From positions 704,001-768,000 of the forward strand of contig CAXXNF010000002.1 of NCBI GenBank assembly GCA_963666365.2: a DNA stretch of 64,000 nt, read 5' to 3'. Positions 1-9,719 of this stretch are shown piece by piece. Numbering within the stretch: position 1 is the stretch's first letter; every line of letters begins with the position of its first letter. Below the pieces are notes generated by a model. The model did not search any database and was not told the origin of the DNA. It saw only the letters and a program-made list of their open reading frames with translations. This stretch comes from Syntrophales bacterium (GTDB lineage Bacteria; Desulfobacterota; Syntrophia; Syntrophales; UBA2210). A program made the translations under genes and the position numbers.

Positions 1-415
1 CGCCGATACTCCCCGTGATGGTTCCGGGGTTGGCTACAATTCTGTCCGCGGCAACTGCAATATAATACCCTCCCGACGCCGCCAGGGAACCCATCGATGC
101 AACGACTATTTTCCGCTCTTTTACCTTCAATAGTTTGTCATAGATTTCTTGCGAGGGAACAACAGCGCCGCCGGGTGAATTTACCCTGACAACGATTGCC
201 CGAATGTCATCATCGTCTTCATAGACTTGGAGTTGCTCAATGACATATGCGGCATCGGAAATTACGCCTTCTACGGACACTACGCCGATCTTATCGCCGC
301 CAGCAAGAGAGGCGCCTCCACGGATGTAGGACACAATGCCGTGAGTGAGAAGAAAAAAAACAGAGCCTACTGCTGCAAGCAGCAGCAGGCCATATATTAT
401 AGGATGTTTTTTCAT
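1..415 (-). CDS. sppA: Signal peptide peptidase SppA (36K type); 3' end runs off the window
   Basis: Manual translation: MKKHPIIYGLLLL...VRVNSPGGAVVPSQEIY...VASMGSLAASGGYYIAVAADRIVANPGTITGSIG; lies downstream of rpsA. Confidence 0.93.
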   Translation of the reverse strand, partial: MKKHPIIYGLLLLAAVGSVFFLLTHGIVSYIRGGASLAGGDKIGVVSVEGVISDAAYVIEQLQVYEDDDDIRAIVVRVNSPGGAVVPSQEIYDKLLKVKERKIVVASMGSLAASGGYYIAVAADRIVANPGTITGSIG

Positions 416-462
416 TTCCCGATGAAATGACACCGCCCGTACTTCACGAAAAGAAACCGTTG

Positions 463-2217
463 TTACAGTTTTATACCGGACAACAGGTCTCCAAGATTTG
501 AAACAACTTTTTCGTTATTGTTCACGTATTGGTTTTGTGAAGACTGATCTGTTGATATTTCGAAATCTTTTATGCTGAGTCCTACCTTCTGGTTTGCCAC
601 ATCGATATTCTTGATGATGGCTGACACGGAATCCCCTACCTTAAACACATCCTTCGTGGACTTTACACGATTTCTGCTCAGCTCGGATATGTGAACCAAT
701 CCCTCAATTCCCTCTTCAATTTCGACAAAGATTCCGAAATCAGTTACGTTGGTCACCGTTCCCGATACCACGGCGCCCGTTCCCACCTTCACACTGAGCT
801 CTTCCCAGGGGTTCATCTCCAGTTGCTTGATGCCGAGTGAAAACTTCCCGTTCTCCGCATCAATACTCAACACAACCGCTTCAATTTCCTGGCCCTTTTT
901 ATACAGTTCCGAGGGATGCTTTACCCGTTTTCGCCATGACAGGTCGGACACGTGGACCAAACCGTCGATTTCATCATCAATGCCCACAAATATTCCGAAA
1001 TCGGCGATATTTTTGATCTTGCCTTTGATGACCTGTCCTTCCGGATATTTTTCCTTAAGCTCTTCCCAGGGATTTGACATGGTTTGTTTGAGTCCCAAAG
1101 AAATCCTTTTGTTGTCGGGATCAACTTCCAGTACCTGAACACTTACGGTATCTCCCACGGACACGACCTTGGAGGGGTGTTTGATTTTCTTTGTCCAGAA
1201 CATTTCGGATACATGCACCAGTCCTTCAACACCCGGCTCTACTTCCACAAAGACCCCGTAATCCATGATGCTGACTATCGTTCCTTCAACTGTGGCGCCG
1301 ACAGGATAGGCCTCAGTAATGGTGTCCCAGGGATTCTTGGTCAACTGCTTCAATCCCAGAGAGACCCTCCCCTTTTCCGGGTCAAAGCTCAGCACCTTGA
1401 CGGTAATGGAATCACCTTTTGAAAAACTTTCCGAAGGATGGCGGATGCGCCCCCATGACATGTCGGTAATATGCAGGAGGCCGTCTATGCCGCCGAGATC
1501 GACAAAAAGTCCGTAATCGGTGATGTTTTTGACAATACCCTCAATCACCATGCCCTCTTCCATGTTTTCGAGGACTTTGTGGCGCTGTTCTTCCAGTTCC
1601 TTTTCGAGGATCGTTTTTCTTGACAACACAACGTTGTTTCGTTTGCGGTCATATTTCAGAATTTCGAACTCCATGGTTTCGCCGATATATTTGTCAAGAT
1701 CCCTTACGGGGCGCACATCAACCTGTGAACCGGGCAGAAAGGCATAACACCCGATATCAACGGTGAGGCCGCCTTTTACCTTCTTGATAATCGTTCCGGA
1801 GACCAGGGTTCCCGCTTCATGAGCTTCTACAATATCATCCCAGACGCGTGTTCTGACCGCTTTGTCCCTTGATAAAATCAAGTCCTCTTCGGTTTTCCGA
1901 TCCACCACCACTTCTATTTCATCACCGACGGCACAGGTAATTTCTCCTGCATCATCTTTGAATTCGTTTACATTGATTCTTCCTTCGGTCTTGTATCCCA
2001 CATCGACCATTACGAAATCATCATTGATTTCAACAACTCTTCCCGTCACCATCTTGCCGGTTGATATTTCTTGCAGACTCTGTTCGAAGAGTTCGTCGAA
2101 GGTCAATGCTTCACTATGATCCGGCGCAGCGGCAACTCCCCCCCCTTCCTCTTCTTTTTTTTCTTTTTCTTTTTCTTTTACTTCCGGTTCAGATATTATG
2201 TTGTCTTCGTTAACCAT
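463..2217 (-). CDS. rpsA: 30S ribosomal protein S1
   Basis: Six S1 repeats (e.g. YGLFVDLGGIDGLLHITDMSW); cmk-rpsA synteny. Confidence 0.98.
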   Translation of the reverse strand: MVNEDNIISEPEVKEKEKEKKEEEGGGVAAAPDHSEALTFDELFEQSLQEISTGKMVTGRVVEINDDFVMVDVGYKTEGRINVNEFKDDAGEITCAVGDEIEVVVDRKTEEDLILSRDKAVRTRVWDDIVEAHEAGTLVSGTIIKKVKGGLTVDIGCYAFLPGSQVDVRPVRDLDKYIGETMEFEILKYDRKRNNVVLSRKTILEKELEEQRHKVLENMEEGMVIEGIVKNITDYGLFVDLGGIDGLLHITDMSWGRIRHPSESFSKGDSITVKVLSFDPEKGRVSLGLKQLTKNPWDTITEAYPVGATVEGTIVSIMDYGVFVEVEPGVEGLVHVSEMFWTKKIKHPSKVVSVGDTVSVQVLEVDPDNKRISLGLKQTMSNPWEELKEKYPEGQVIKGKIKNIADFGIFVGIDDEIDGLVHVSDLSWRKRVKHPSELYKKGQEIEAVVLSIDAENGKFSLGIKQLEMNPWEELSVKVGTGAVVSGTVTNVTDFGIFVEIEEGIEGLVHISELSRNRVKSTKDVFKVGDSVSAIIKNIDVANQKVGLSIKDFEISTDQSSQNQYVNNNEKVVSNLGDLLSGIKL

Positions 2218-2315
2218 TAACTATTACCCCCTGACTGTAATATAAAACATAAAACACTTACTTTAATCCGCGAAAAGTATCACACTGAAAATGAAATATC
2301 AAGCAAATTGAGATT

Positions 2316-3023
2316 TTATTCCCTTCCCGACATGATATCAAAGGGATCGTCATTTTTCCGTTGATCCACAATTAGCCTTATCTTTTCAACGACATCATCG
2401 ATGCCCAGAGCGGTAGTGTCCACAATAATTGCATCGCCTGCAGGCTTAAGCGGCGCGATCGCTCTCGTGGTATCCTGCTCATCACGGGCCGCAATATCTT
2501 TTTTTATCTCCTCATAGGCGACGTTTTCTCCCCGTTCCATCAACTCATGATACCTGCGGCGGGATCGTTCTGCAGGATCGGCATCGAGAAATATTTTTAT
2601 ATCTGCGTCGGGAAACACTACAGTCCCCATATCACGGCCCTCCGCAATGACCTCGCCCTCTTTACCTGCCTCTCTTTGAATTTCAAGCAAGCCGGCCCGA
2701 ACAAGGGGAATTGCCGAAATCCGGGATGCCATCATGCCGACAGCTTCACCCCGAATCTTCTCCGTAACGTCAGCGCCGTCCACGATAACGCGCATACTAT
2801 TGGAATCTTTTATAATCCCGATCTTTGTTTTCTTCAAAAGCAGCGAGAGCCGCGCTTCATCTTCACCGGTCAGGTTTAATTGGATCATCCGGTAGGCGAC
2901 GGCCCGATAGAGGGCGCCCGTATCGAGATATGTATAGCCTGCCCTCTTCGCAAACAGCTTGCATACGGTGCTTTTTCCCGTTCCTGCGGGACCGTCAACC
3001 GCAATCACTATTTTTTTTCCCAT
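2316..3023 (-). CDS. cmk: Cytidylate kinase
   Basis: IAVDGPAGTGKST P-loop, YLDTGALYR, EGRDMGTVVFPDA; ATG at 3023 chosen as start. Confidence 0.96.
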   Translation of the reverse strand: MGKKIVIAVDGPAGTGKSTVCKLFAKRAGYTYLDTGALYRAVAYRMIQLNLTGEDEARLSLLLKKTKIGIIKDSNSMRVIVDGADVTEKIRGEAVGMMASRISAIPLVRAGLLEIQREAGKEGEVIAEGRDMGTVVFPDADIKIFLDADPAERSRRRYHELMERGENVAYEEIKKDIAARDEQDTTRAIAPLKPAGDAIIVDTTALGIDDVVEKIRLIVDQRKNDDPFDIMSGRE

Positions 3024-3124
3024 GGCGTTACAATGTTTCTCCCTTATGAAATTTACACTCCAGATTGACCCAATTGCGTACACTGCTCCTTACTGCATCA
3101 AATCCCCGCCACCTCTGCGGGCGC

Positions 3125-3592
3125 CTAGCCGCAGGCGCGCCTGCCTTTGAATGTGCGATAGGAAATGACCGCCAGAATAACTCCTAAGGCATCGAAAAGG
3201 ACATCGGCGACTGACGACATGCGACCGGGAACAAAGAACTGATGTAATTCATCGCTGATTCCATACAGTATACCTATTGATGGGGCCAGAACAGCAGCAT
3301 ATCTGACCATCGCAGGCCACGGCGCATGGATGCACATTCTCATCAGAAGCAATCCGAGCAGATAATACACCATGCAGTGCATAATCTTGTCAAACCCCCA
3401 GAATGAGGGAAGCGATTCCGGATAATGGGAGAGTGATGACAGAAAAAAAATAAGCCCGCAATAGAAGAGTGCGGGAAGGAGATACTGAAGAGTCCATTTA
3501 CTTGTATGCTGGGGAACACGCATTTGCAACACCTGCTCAAACGATGTGAAGAGTGGTCTATCTATCACAAAAGTCCGGAAGCAGTCGAGCAC
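3125..3592 (-). CDS. VanZ-like membrane protein (start uncertain)
   Basis: DKIMH...YGISDELHQFFVPGR...DVLFD motifs. Confidence 0.85.
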   Translation of the reverse strand: MLDCFRTFVIDRPLFTSFEQVLQMRVPQHTSKWTLQYLLPALFYCGLIFFLSSLSHYPESLPSFWGFDKIMHCMVYYLLGLLLMRMCIHAPWPAMVRYAAVLAPSIGILYGISDELHQFFVPGRMSSVADVLFDALGVILAVISYRTFKGRRACG

Positions 3593-3658
3593 TTTGATGG
3601 AATAGGGTATACAATAACTTGATCATGACAAGAAAAGAGGCTAAAATTCCCCATATAC

Positions 3659-5119
3659 TTGAGGAGACGATACAAGGAACCTATGGACATGCTGGTTCTG
3701 TCACGAAAAAAAAAGGTCATCATTACTTTTTGTACAGTTATCATGCTGTATTTTGTGCTGGTGGGAACATCATGCGCTTCTTTCACTCTCGAAGATGAAA
3801 AGCGGCTGGGGAGGGAATTTTACGAGAAGATTCGTGAAAGGGGGATGCTTCTTGAGGATCAGAATCTTGTCAAATATATTGATACAATCGGCCGTCGCAT
3901 TCTTGCGCAGGGAGATGAATATCCCCTCGATTTCACCTTTTCCGTCATTGAAAATGCGGGCATCAACGCCTTCGCCACCCCGGGAGGGTATGTGTATGTC
4001 TATGCCGGTCTTATCGGACTTGCCGAAAATGAAGATCAAATTGCCGGGGTTCTCGCCCATGAAATCGCCCACGTAAAGGCACGACACATCGCCCGCGCCA
4101 TCGAAAAATCAAAAAAGATGAATATCGCCACCATTGCCGCAATCCTTGCAGGCGCGTTTTTGGGAGGCGGTGAAGGTGCAGCGGCTCTTTCAGGACTTGC
4201 CATGGCGGCGACTACTACCATGAATCTGAAGTACAGCAGAGATCATGAAGAGGAAGCAGACAGGCTGGGAATGTCGTACATAGTAGGCGCCCGGTACGAT
4301 GAAAAGGGAATGCTGGACTTTCTCAAGCGCATGAGACAATACGAATACTACTCGAATAAAATTCCCTCATACTTTCTCACCCACCCGGGTACCGGCGACC
4401 GGATTGCCTACCTTACGGTGCTCATTCAAAGTCGCTACGCCCATACAGAAATGACAGACGCAGTGGGCGGGTTTCAACGCATCAAGACACGCCTGATGCT
4501 CGATACGCAGGATTGCGGATCAAATATGAAGTATTTTGCGGAGAAATTACGTGAAAACCCCGACGACATCGAAGCACTCTACGGTCTCGCCGTTACTGAA
4601 AGTAAAATAGGAAAAATCGAAGAATCTCACGCCCATTTTGCACGTGCGATCACGCGGGCGCCCGGCGATTACGAAATTATCAGGGACTTCGGCATCAGCT
4701 ATTATGAAGCGGGAGATACCGCCAAGGCCATTGAGTTTTTAAAAAAATCCTACGCCGTAAAAAGCGACGACCCGGAAACGCTGCGCTACCTCGGGCGTTC
4801 CTACGAGTCCACGGGGAACCTGACCACGGCTCTCGATTTATACAAAAAACTCTACGATCTGACCCCTTCTGACAGCGACATCTATTACCACCTAGCTATG
4901 ACCTACGGGAAACTTGACAATATGGGGGAATCACACTTCTATTTCGGCAAATACTTCAAGGAACAAGAGAAAAAATCAAGTGCGCTGTTCCACTTCAAAG
5001 CCGCGCTTGAGCAGGCACAACCGGAAAGCGCACGGGCGGCAGAAATCAAAGAAGAGATCGCATCTTTTGAACCGGGCCACCAGGGAAAACAAAAAAAAGC
5101 GCAATCAACCGAACATTGA
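3659..5119 (+). CDS. M48 family metalloprotease with TPR repeats (BepA-like)
   Basis: NAFATPGG, HEIAH zincin motif, EEEAD, THP; C-terminal TPRs. Confidence 0.92.
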   Translation: MRRRYKEPMDMLVLSRKKKVIITFCTVIMLYFVLVGTSCASFTLEDEKRLGREFYEKIRERGMLLEDQNLVKYIDTIGRRILAQGDEYPLDFTFSVIENAGINAFATPGGYVYVYAGLIGLAENEDQIAGVLAHEIAHVKARHIARAIEKSKKMNIATIAAILAGAFLGGGEGAAALSGLAMAATTTMNLKYSRDHEEEADRLGMSYIVGARYDEKGMLDFLKRMRQYEYYSNKIPSYFLTHPGTGDRIAYLTVLIQSRYAHTEMTDAVGGFQRIKTRLMLDTQDCGSNMKYFAEKLRENPDDIEALYGLAVTESKIGKIEESHAHFARAITRAPGDYEIIRDFGISYYEAGDTAKAIEFLKKSYAVKSDDPETLRYLGRSYESTGNLTTALDLYKKLYDLTPSDSDIYYHLAMTYGKLDNMGESHFYFGKYFKEQEKKSSALFHFKAALEQAQPESARAAEIKEEIASFEPGHQGKQKKAQSTEH

Positions 5120-5164
5120 CGGGTTTCTAAAAAGAGTGCCTTTTCTCTTACTCAAACCTGTGTT

Positions 5165-6700
5165 ATGAGTGGCAGGGAGGAATATATGAAAATAGTCGTA
5201 CGAAAAGAAAAAACCATCGCCCACAAAACGGACGCGCTGGTCCTTTTTTATTTTGAAGGCGCCGGTCTTCACAGCGCAGCGGAAGAATTGGACGGACAGT
5301 GTGATGGAATGCTGTCCCGCATGATCAAGGCGGGGGATGTGAAGGGAACGCTCTATGAGACAGCGGTGGCCTACACAGGGGGCGCAATCGGCGCCGGGAG
5401 ACTTATTCCCGTCGGTCTGGGGAAAAAGGAAGATTTTACTCGAGAGAGACTGAGGGGCGCCTCTGCTGTCGGTGCACGAAAAGTGCGGGAACTTCACATA
5501 ACGGAATATACCCTCTTGCCTTCCGGTGCACAGAGCGTACTTTCACTTAAAGACACAGTCGAGGCTGTGATAGAGGGCACCTTGCTCGGACTCTATCGCT
5601 TTACCCCCTACAAAACAAAAAAAGACGAATCTAAAGCGATTGAACGTGTGACGCTGATTACAGACAACAGCGCAGACCTTGCCGTAATGAAAGATGCGGC
5701 CCGCGCATCCGAAACGATATGCAGCGCCGTATATCTTGTCCGCGATCTTGTATCGACTCCATCAAATGAAATGACGCCGACCATTCTGGCGGAACGGGCG
5801 CGCCGTCTGACCAATACCGCCGGTTTCACCCTCAAAATAGTGGAAGAATCCGCAATGAGGCGGATGAAAATGAATGCACTGCTCGGAGTCAGCCGTGGCA
5901 GTGCCGAACCGCCGAAACTGATTGTTATGACCTACAAGGGCGCCCCGAAGGCTTTACCACCGATTGTGCTGGTAGGCAAGGGTATCACCTTTGACAGTGG
6001 GGGCATCAGTCTCAAACCTTCCGACAGAATGGATGAAATGAAAGATGATATGGGGGGCGGCGCGGTGGTTATAGCCGTGCTGAAAGCGGCAGCCGATTTA
6101 GAACTGCCGGTCAACCTGGTGGGCATTGTGCCTGCCGCGGAAAACCTCCCCAGCGGATCCGCCCTTAAACCGGGCGATGTGCTGCGCTCTCTTTCCGGTC
6201 AGACGATCGAGATAAAAAACACCGACGCCGAGGGGCGGCTCATCCTGGCCGACGCCCTTACCTATGCCCAGCGTTTCAAGCCCGAAGCGATCATAGATAT
6301 CGCCACCCTTACCGGCGCCTGCGTCGTTGCACTGGGAGACCAGATTGCCGGTATGCTCGGCACGGACGATACGGTAAAGGACATGCTGCGTCGGGCATCG
6401 GAAACCACGGGCGAGGCCCTCTGGGAACTCCCACTTCGGCAGGAGTATGAAGAGCTGCTGAAAAGCGATGTGGCCGACATGAAAAATACGGGAACCCGAT
6501 ACGGCGGTACTATCACGGCAGCCCTCTTCCTGAAAAAATTTGTCGGCGATTACCCCTGGGTGCATCTTGATATTGCGGGTCCCGTATTTATCACTCAGGA
6601 CAGGCCCTATATACCGAAGGGAGCGACAGGGATCGGGGTGCGGCTTCTGGTCCAATTCCTGAAATACTGGATTGAGAGACGTAATGGTTCGGCTTCTTGA
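5165..6700 (+). CDS. pepA: Leucyl aminopeptidase (M17)
   Basis: [32 protein letters not shown]. Confidence 0.97.
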   Translation: MSGREEYMKIVVRKEKTIAHKTDALVLFYFEGAGLHSAAEELDGQCDGMLSRMIKAGDVKGTLYETAVAYTGGAIGAGRLIPVGLGKKEDFTRERLRGASAVGARKVRELHITEYTLLPSGAQSVLSLKDTVEAVIEGTLLGLYRFTPYKTKKDESKAIERVTLITDNSADLAVMKDAARASETICSAVYLVRDLVSTPSNEMTPTILAERARRLTNTAGFTLKIVEESAMRRMKMNALLGVSRGSAEPPKLIVMTYKGAPKALPPIVLVGKGITFDSGGISLKPSDRMDEMKDDMGGGAVVIAVLKAAADLELPVNLVGIVPAAENLPSGSALKPGDVLRSLSGQTIEIKNTDAEGRLILADALTYAQRFKPEAIIDIATLTGACVVALGDQIAGMLGTDDTVKDMLRRASETTGEALWELPLRQEYEELLKSDVADMKNTGTRYGGTITAALFLKKFVGDYPWVHLDIAGPVFITQDRPYIPKGATGIGVRLLVQFLKYWIERRNGSAS

Positions 6701-7658
6701 AATAGAAAATCTGAAAACCTTTTTCCACACGAGAAACGGAACGGTCAAGGCCGTCGACGGCGTCGATCTTGCGCTGAACCGGGGCGACACCCTGGGGATC
6801 GTAGGAGAATCCGGCAGTGGGAAGACGGTGCTCGCCCTTTCCATTATGCGTTTGATACCGCAACCGCCCGGACACATCGCCGGGGGACGGATTTTCTTTG
6901 AAGGTACGGATCTTCTGAAACTGAGCGAACAGGAAATGAGAAACCATCGGGGGAAAGACATCGCGATGATTTTTCAGGAACCCATGAATTCACTCAACCC
7001 CGTCATCAGGATCGGCAATCAGATTGCCGAGGTGCTCAGGCGCCATGAACATACCTCAAAACAGGAAGCCATGGATCGGGCACTGGATATGCTTCGCCGT
7101 GTGGGAATGCCCTCGGCTGAGGAACGCCTCAGGCAGTATCCTCACCAGATGAGCGGGGGGATGCGTCAGCGGGTGATGATCGCCATGGCACTGGCCTGCA
7201 ATCCCCGTCTGATGCTAGCGGATGAGCCTACCACTGCCCTCGATGTGACTATTCAGGCCCAGATACTCGATCTTATCACCACACTCAAGAAGGAATTTGA
7301 CTCTTCCATTGTCATGATCACCCATGATTTGGGTGTCATTGCAGAGGCGGCGCAGTTTTCAGCAGTCATGTACGCGGGCAAGGTCGTCGAGTACTGCAGT
7401 GTTGACGATCTCTTCGACGCCCCGCTTCACCCTTATACGGAGGGGCTGATGGCATCGAGCCCGCGCCTGGATGCCGGCGCGAAACGTCGTGACTATCTGC
7501 CTGTGATCCCCGGCATGGTGCCCAGTCTGTACGATCTGCCGCGGGGATGCAGCTTTCAGGATCGCTGCCCCTACGCAATGGCGATCTGCCGGGAACGGGA
7601 ACCGGAACTGATCACGTATCGGCCTGACCACCAGACACGGTGCTGGAAATATCAGTAA
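6684..7658 (+). CDS. Oligopeptide/dipeptide ABC ATP-binding protein (OppD/DppD-like)
   Basis: [17 protein letters not shown]-terminal GCxFxxRC...C motif. Confidence 0.93.
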   Translation: MVRLLEIENLKTFFHTRNGTVKAVDGVDLALNRGDTLGIVGESGSGKTVLALSIMRLIPQPPGHIAGGRIFFEGTDLLKLSEQEMRNHRGKDIAMIFQEPMNSLNPVIRIGNQIAEVLRRHEHTSKQEAMDRALDMLRRVGMPSAEERLRQYPHQMSGGMRQRVMIAMALACNPRLMLADEPTTALDVTIQAQILDLITTLKKEFDSSIVMITHDLGVIAEAAQFSAVMYAGKVVEYCSVDDLFDAPLHPYTEGLMASSPRLDAGAKRRDYLPVIPGMVPSLYDLPRGCSFQDRCPYAMAICREREPELITYRPDHQTRCWKYQ

Positions 7659-7701
7659 ATTACCTTTGGGATTCATGCCCACAGCCAAGCGAGCCGACAT
7701 T

Positions 7702-8670
7702 ATGAACACCGTTCTTGTCGATATAAGGAATCTTAAAAAATATTTCAGAATCAGCGGCGGATTTGTCTCGGGCAATCACGGCACAGTCAAGGCTGTTAAT
7801 GACGTAACCCTTCAGATTTTAAAAGGAGAGACGCTGGGGCTTGTGGGTGAAAGCGGTTGCGGCAAGACAACGCTGGGACGAATGATCGCCCGGCTCGAAG
7901 CACCGACGGAAGGAGCAATTGCCTTCAAGGGAGAAGATATCCTTCACCATCGAGGCAAGGCTTTGAAAAACTTCAGAAAACAGGTTCAGTTTATCTTTCA
8001 GGATCCCTATTCGTCGCTCAATCCCAGGATGAGCGCCGGTGCGATAATCGGCGAACCTTTCGGCATTCATCATCTGTCACGCGGAAAGAGCAGAACTGAG
8101 GCGGTTGCCGCTCTGATGGAACGGGTGGGACTGACAAAGGAACAGATGGAGCGCTATCCCCATGAATTCAGCGGAGGTCAGCGACAGCGAATCGGAATTG
8201 CCCGGGCGCTTTCGGTCAACCCCGATCTTGTGATCGCCGACGAACCGGTGTCCGCACTGGATGTCTCGATTCAGGCGCAGATTCTCAATCTTCTGAAGGA
8301 CCTTCAGGAGGATTTCGGACTTACCTACCTCTTCATCAGTCATGACCTGGGCGTGGTTGGCCATATCAGCGATCGAATCGCGGTAATGTACCTGGGCAAA
8401 TTAGTGGAACTGGCCGATACGGAAACGCTGCTGACTCAGCCGTTCCATCCCTACACGAGGGCGCTTCTTGCGGCGGTGCCGGTCCCCAATCCTCATCACA
8501 GACGTCAGAATCAGACCCTTTCGGACGACATCCCCAGCCCTATCAACCCGCCTTCGGGATGTTCCTTCCATCCACGATGCCCTTACAAAATGGAAATCTG
8601 TGACAGGATGCCCCCTGCACTCACCCTGAAAAACGCGGGGCGCTTCGCCGCCTGCCATCTTGAAGCATAA
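7702..8670 (+). CDS. Oligopeptide/dipeptide ABC ATP-binding protein (OppF/DppF-like)
   Basis: GESGCGKT, FSGGQRQR, PSPINPPSGCSFHPRC. Confidence 0.93.
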   Translation: MNTVLVDIRNLKKYFRISGGFVSGNHGTVKAVNDVTLQILKGETLGLVGESGCGKTTLGRMIARLEAPTEGAIAFKGEDILHHRGKALKNFRKQVQFIFQDPYSSLNPRMSAGAIIGEPFGIHHLSRGKSRTEAVAALMERVGLTKEQMERYPHEFSGGQRQRIGIARALSVNPDLVIADEPVSALDVSIQAQILNLLKDLQEDFGLTYLFISHDLGVVGHISDRIAVMYLGKLVELADTETLLTQPFHPYTRALLAAVPVPNPHHRRQNQTLSDDIPSPINPPSGCSFHPRCPYKMEICDRMPPALTLKNAGRFAACHLEA

Positions 8671-8821
8671 AGGTCGGACACAAATAGTAAAAAAATACTT
8701 GACGAACGAGACGCAAAAGACTAAATAGGGAACCCTGTTTTTGAGGTATGTGACAGTCTCTTGTGCAGTAATGGCGCTTCCTTGACCAGGGAAGAGCTCT
8801 GTGAGAATAAAAAGCAGATAT

Positions 8822-8898
8822 GCGCCCGTAGCTCAGCTGGATAGAGTGGCAGACTTCGAATCTGTTGGTCGAAGGTTCGAATCCTTCCGGGCGTACCA
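8822..8898 (+). tRNA. tRNA-Arg (anticodon TCG)
   Basis: Cloverleaf GCGCCCG...GCAGA-CT-TCG-AA-TCTGT...GGTTCGAATCC...CGGGCGT-A-CCA. Confidence 0.95.
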
Positions 8899-8925
8899 GA
8901 TATCACGCTGTATTTACACTATACC

Positions 8926-9001
<76 letters not shown>

Positions 9002-9009
9002 AAAAAAAC

Positions 9010-9044
9010 AAGGGGTTAGGCGATTAAAGCTTAACCCCTTTTTC
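9010..9044 (+). terminator. Intrinsic terminator after tRNA-Lys
   Basis: AAGGGGTTAGGC/GCTTAACCCCTT stem followed by a T-run. Confidence 0.8.
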
Positions 9045-9099
9045 TACTTGCGAATATTCACCAAACCACACTCCTCCGCCATGCGGTAATACGTTCCCC

Positions 9100-9129
9100 T
9101 TGACAAATACGACTTCACACACATATAAT
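9100..9129 (+). promoter_or_regulatory. sigma70 promoter
   Basis: TTGACA-N18-TATAAT, both hexamers consensus. Confidence 0.7.
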
Positions 9130-9353
9130 CGGAACCGTTTACAAAAGTTTATTATCACTCCTGCACTTATCATTTTCTCCGCTTCTTGGGGACTTTTTCA
9201 TTATCAGGGAATTTCTACGTATGACGATGAGCGAATCGGTCCACATTCATTGCGTGATTTTGGCCTTGGAGATCGGATATGAAAGAAGAAGGCAATAAAT
9301 CGTTGACACTAAGGATGAGGACGCAGAGAATTTGCTTGGCGAACGCTGTGAAC

Positions 9354-9719
9354 ATGGTGAGAAAAATAGCGTTCCTGACGGTCTGTGCGTTTATAGCCGC
9401 AGGCTGTGCAACTCCAAATATAAAGCCTGCTGATCCTCAACTCCTCTTCACATCCGGCCTGCTTAACTTCCTGCAGGATGGCACAACAACACGCGAGGAA
9501 GTTGTCTTGAAACTCGGAGTGCCTTCTGCGCAGATAGAGGGGGACAGAATTCTGATGTATCAACTAAAGACCGATAAGCTCGGGAATTGGGGCCTGATCG
9601 CACCGCAATGGAATGCCGCTGCCGGTATGAGGACCTGGAGCGGAGGAACAGGCAGTCTGGTACTTATTTTCGATGAAAATGGATTTTTACATAAACACAG
9701 TCTCGTAATTGCCCAATGA
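9354..9719 (+). CDS. Lipoprotein with SmpA/OmlA(BamE)-like domain
   Basis: Lipobox IAAGC; GTTTREEVVLKLGVP...LIFDENG pattern. Confidence 0.65.
   Translation: MVRKIAFLTVCAFIAAGCATPNIKPADPQLLFTSGLLNFLQDGTTTREEVVLKLGVPSAQIEGDRILMYQLKTDKLGNWGLIAPQWNAAAGMRTWSGGTGSLVLIFDENGFLHKHSLVIAQ

Noticed and set aside
2138..2180. TTTTTC-like tandem run
   Set aside because: Encodes the low-complexity KEKEKEKKEEEGGG N-terminal tail of S1; not an independent repeat.
6098..6961. 287-aa minus-strand ORF
   Set aside because: Shadow of pepA and oppD.
9100..9282. 60-aa ORF
   Set aside because: It starts at the TTG of the -35 box; likely promoter and leader sequence.
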